DNA of 37,390 bases from Perkinsus chesapeaki ATCC PRA-425. Lineage: Eukaryota; Protista; Perkinsozoa. Below are positions 35,433-37,390 of the stretch, piece after piece; the stretch's first letter is position 1; every line of letters begins with the position of its first letter. The stretch covers positions 1-37,390 of the forward strand of contig JAAPAO010000345.1 in NCBI GenBank assembly GCA_013115145.1, written 5' to 3'. A program made the position numbers and the translations under genes. A model generated the notes under the pieces. The model was given only the letters and a program-made list of their open reading frames with translations. It had not been told where the DNA came from and did no database searches.

Positions 35433-37158
35433 ATGGAGCGTCGGATAACGAAGTGAGGAACTCACGTTTCCGCTTGGGACATCTTGCCAGGTTGGAGGCA
35501 GAGCTGCGGAGGCCGTCGCCTCGGAGGGATGATAGGATAGTAGCGGCTTCCAGTTGAGAGGGAAAGGAGTTATTCCGCATGGTTCTAGGCAAGAGCTGGC
35601 TCCATGGCTGAAGAGTCGGTCCCGAGCCGGTCATCATTGGTCGAAGATCTTACGGATCAAATCCGAGTGAGGGTTGCTAGACTGCTAGTGGGTTCTGATT
35701 CAATTTCCAGGTTTTCGAGGCCGAGGTGATGAGCCGGCTGGACACTGTAGAGGACATGTCCCAGCGGCTTGCTGAAGAAGCCATGAGTCAGGTGGAGGAA
35801 GTCAAGAACAGCGTCGATGCACTCAGAAGTGCGAGCCGTGCACTCGAGCCGAATCCCGCTCATCCAGCTTTACCAGGCACTGTTCGGACAACAGAGGCGC
35901 TGACAACCCAGAGGATTAACGAAGGGCTCCAGAGAGTGAGCCGAGTTCTCAAGAGAGTGGTGCAGGTGAGCTCAGCTCATTATGCCACTCTAGCCAGGGT
36001 CGTTTGATAGGCTCAGAAGGTGACACAGCAGAGACTGGCCAGGGAGGCAGTGCCACCAGCAAGAGATTATCCGGAAGATAGAGAACAGGCGCCTGAGAAC
36101 GACCTCAATGGAACGTCGGATTTGCATGAAGTTGAGGAAGACGCTGGTGCGGAGTAGCTGCGCTCGGTCGCCTTATTGGATGGCTATGTGTTCATCAGAT
36201 GGGCTGGCGGAGACAATGCCAGCAGGGCCCTGGCTGCCTGAAGGGAGCGAAGGATTTCCAGCGAAAGACCATCCGCGGTCACGATCGGTGAGAAGTTTGG
36301 GCAAGTCGTGGCGCTAGTTTATTGGCAGGTGTCCCCCATCCCCGTTAGAGACCGAGCCGGCAGCGATAGGCCTACAGCAACCCACGTGATAAACCTTCGT
36401 GGTGAGATGACCCTGACTAAGACATCAGCTGGCAGGGCTTCGTTACCAGGGATGGAACCTTTGACATCGGATACAGACGAGCCCTCAGGTGAGCAGAGGA
36501 GCTTAGCGTGAGATTAGTAACGGTGGCAGTAAAACTATTCAGTTGTAAAAATAATGGGAAATTATTTGAATCGAAGGAAAACCGGTAGGAAATATTAAGG
36601 AAGGTGTTATTGGAAAATGGCGTTGTCACGGTTGTACATCTTTCAGATCTCACGGGCACACTGAGCGTCTTTTTTCAGAGATCCATACAACCCCGCGTGT
36701 GCTTCGCCCATCCCCTAAGGGTCAACGAGCCTACAGCGCACCGCCGAGGAACAACAGGAAGACGCCTGCACCAGCTGGTCAGAGACCTCGCCATATTTGG
36801 TCTGCCTGACCGCCGTTTCAGGCACCGGAACTGGAGGACTGCTCAATACCAGAGCTGCTCGGGAAAAGAGACAGGCGGAGATTGCTAGTCTGGTGAAAGA
36901 GGTATGCGCTTCCGATGACCGCTATTGCTGCTGTTATCTCGACCGTGAGCTCCCATGTGAGTGTCTTAGTTACAATTGCTCGAACGAGAGGAGAAAGAGT
37001 TTCATAGACAGTCGAGACTGAGAGCTCAGCGGCTACAACGAGGCCAGCAGGGTGCCTTCAAGTCGAAGGGTGAACAGCAGTATGAATATGTCTGGAGCTT
37101 ATGGTCTGTTCAGGAGGCACGGCGGTTGGCACTCATGACGTGTCCGCATCTGGCCTGA
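35433..37158 (+). CDS. Hypothetical multi-exon protein with coiled-coil segments
   Basis: A consistent GT-AG exon chain gives MERRITKLEAELRR..., EVMSRLDTVEDMSQRLAEEAMSQVEEVKNSVDAL..., TRAAREKRQAEIASLVKE/LQLLEREEKEF. Start and end are approximate. Confidence 0.6.
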
Positions 37159-37390
37159 CTTGCACGCCACGTGCACGACAGCTAACGCGAAGCTAACGAC
37201 ATTGAATAATTAAACTGTTATTTCTACAAGTCAGTATACTTGTTTATTACCCGCCTTGCGTTCTCCAGTTTATGTGCGACAAAGTGTCCTTGTCGGATAT
37301 CTTGTATGGAACTGTTCCAGGGATTTTGCCAGGGATTTTGGCCGGCGCGCCTCAGGTAGCGCTCGCAAATGGTCACGCGCCTTTAAAATC

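Noticed and set aside
3853-37173. Recurrent CACGTG (E-box-like) motifs
   Set aside because: About 9 occurrences counted, equal to the random expectation for 37 kb.
37317-37344. CCAGGGATTTTG direct repeat at the window end
   Set aside because: Only two short copies at the edge; cannot be assigned without downstream sequence.

Overview
Gene-dense eukaryotic DNA with many short (~40-60 nt) GT-AG introns. It is most consistent with a Perkinsus-type alveolate (inference from intron size, composition and an Fe-SOD with a long N-terminal leader). Host genes in order: casein kinase 1 (+), BRAP/ETP1-like RING/zf-UBP protein (+), secreted S28 serine carboxypeptidase (-), Nop6-like RRM protein (-), Sm-G (-), three tandem DMT-superfamily transporters (+), WBP2-like PH-GRAM protein (+), Fe-SOD (+) and one or two coiled-coil hypothetical genes (+). 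Two young, apparently intact mobile elements sit side by side. The first is a 6.18-kb Ty3/Gypsy LTR retrotransposon (330-bp LTRs with 2 differences, AAAG TSD, single 1861-aa ORF). The second is a 1555-bp Tc1/Tc3-like DD34E transposon with 201-bp IR-DR TIRs. Highlights: (1) the Gypsy element has no TGG-type tRNA PBS, and its PBS position is complementary to an 11-13 nt segment inside its own LTR, suggesting Tf1-style self-priming; it also carries a non-chromo C-terminal integrase domain and a hydrophobic N-terminal Gag extension. (2) The Tc1 element appears to have inserted into the TA of a 3' splice-site TAG and regenerated the acceptor. (3) A foldback-like element with a 20-bp tandem array lies upstream of BRAP. 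(4) The first transporter paralog lacks a block of consecutive introns. Exon boundaries were derived by eye and some gene starts are approximate.
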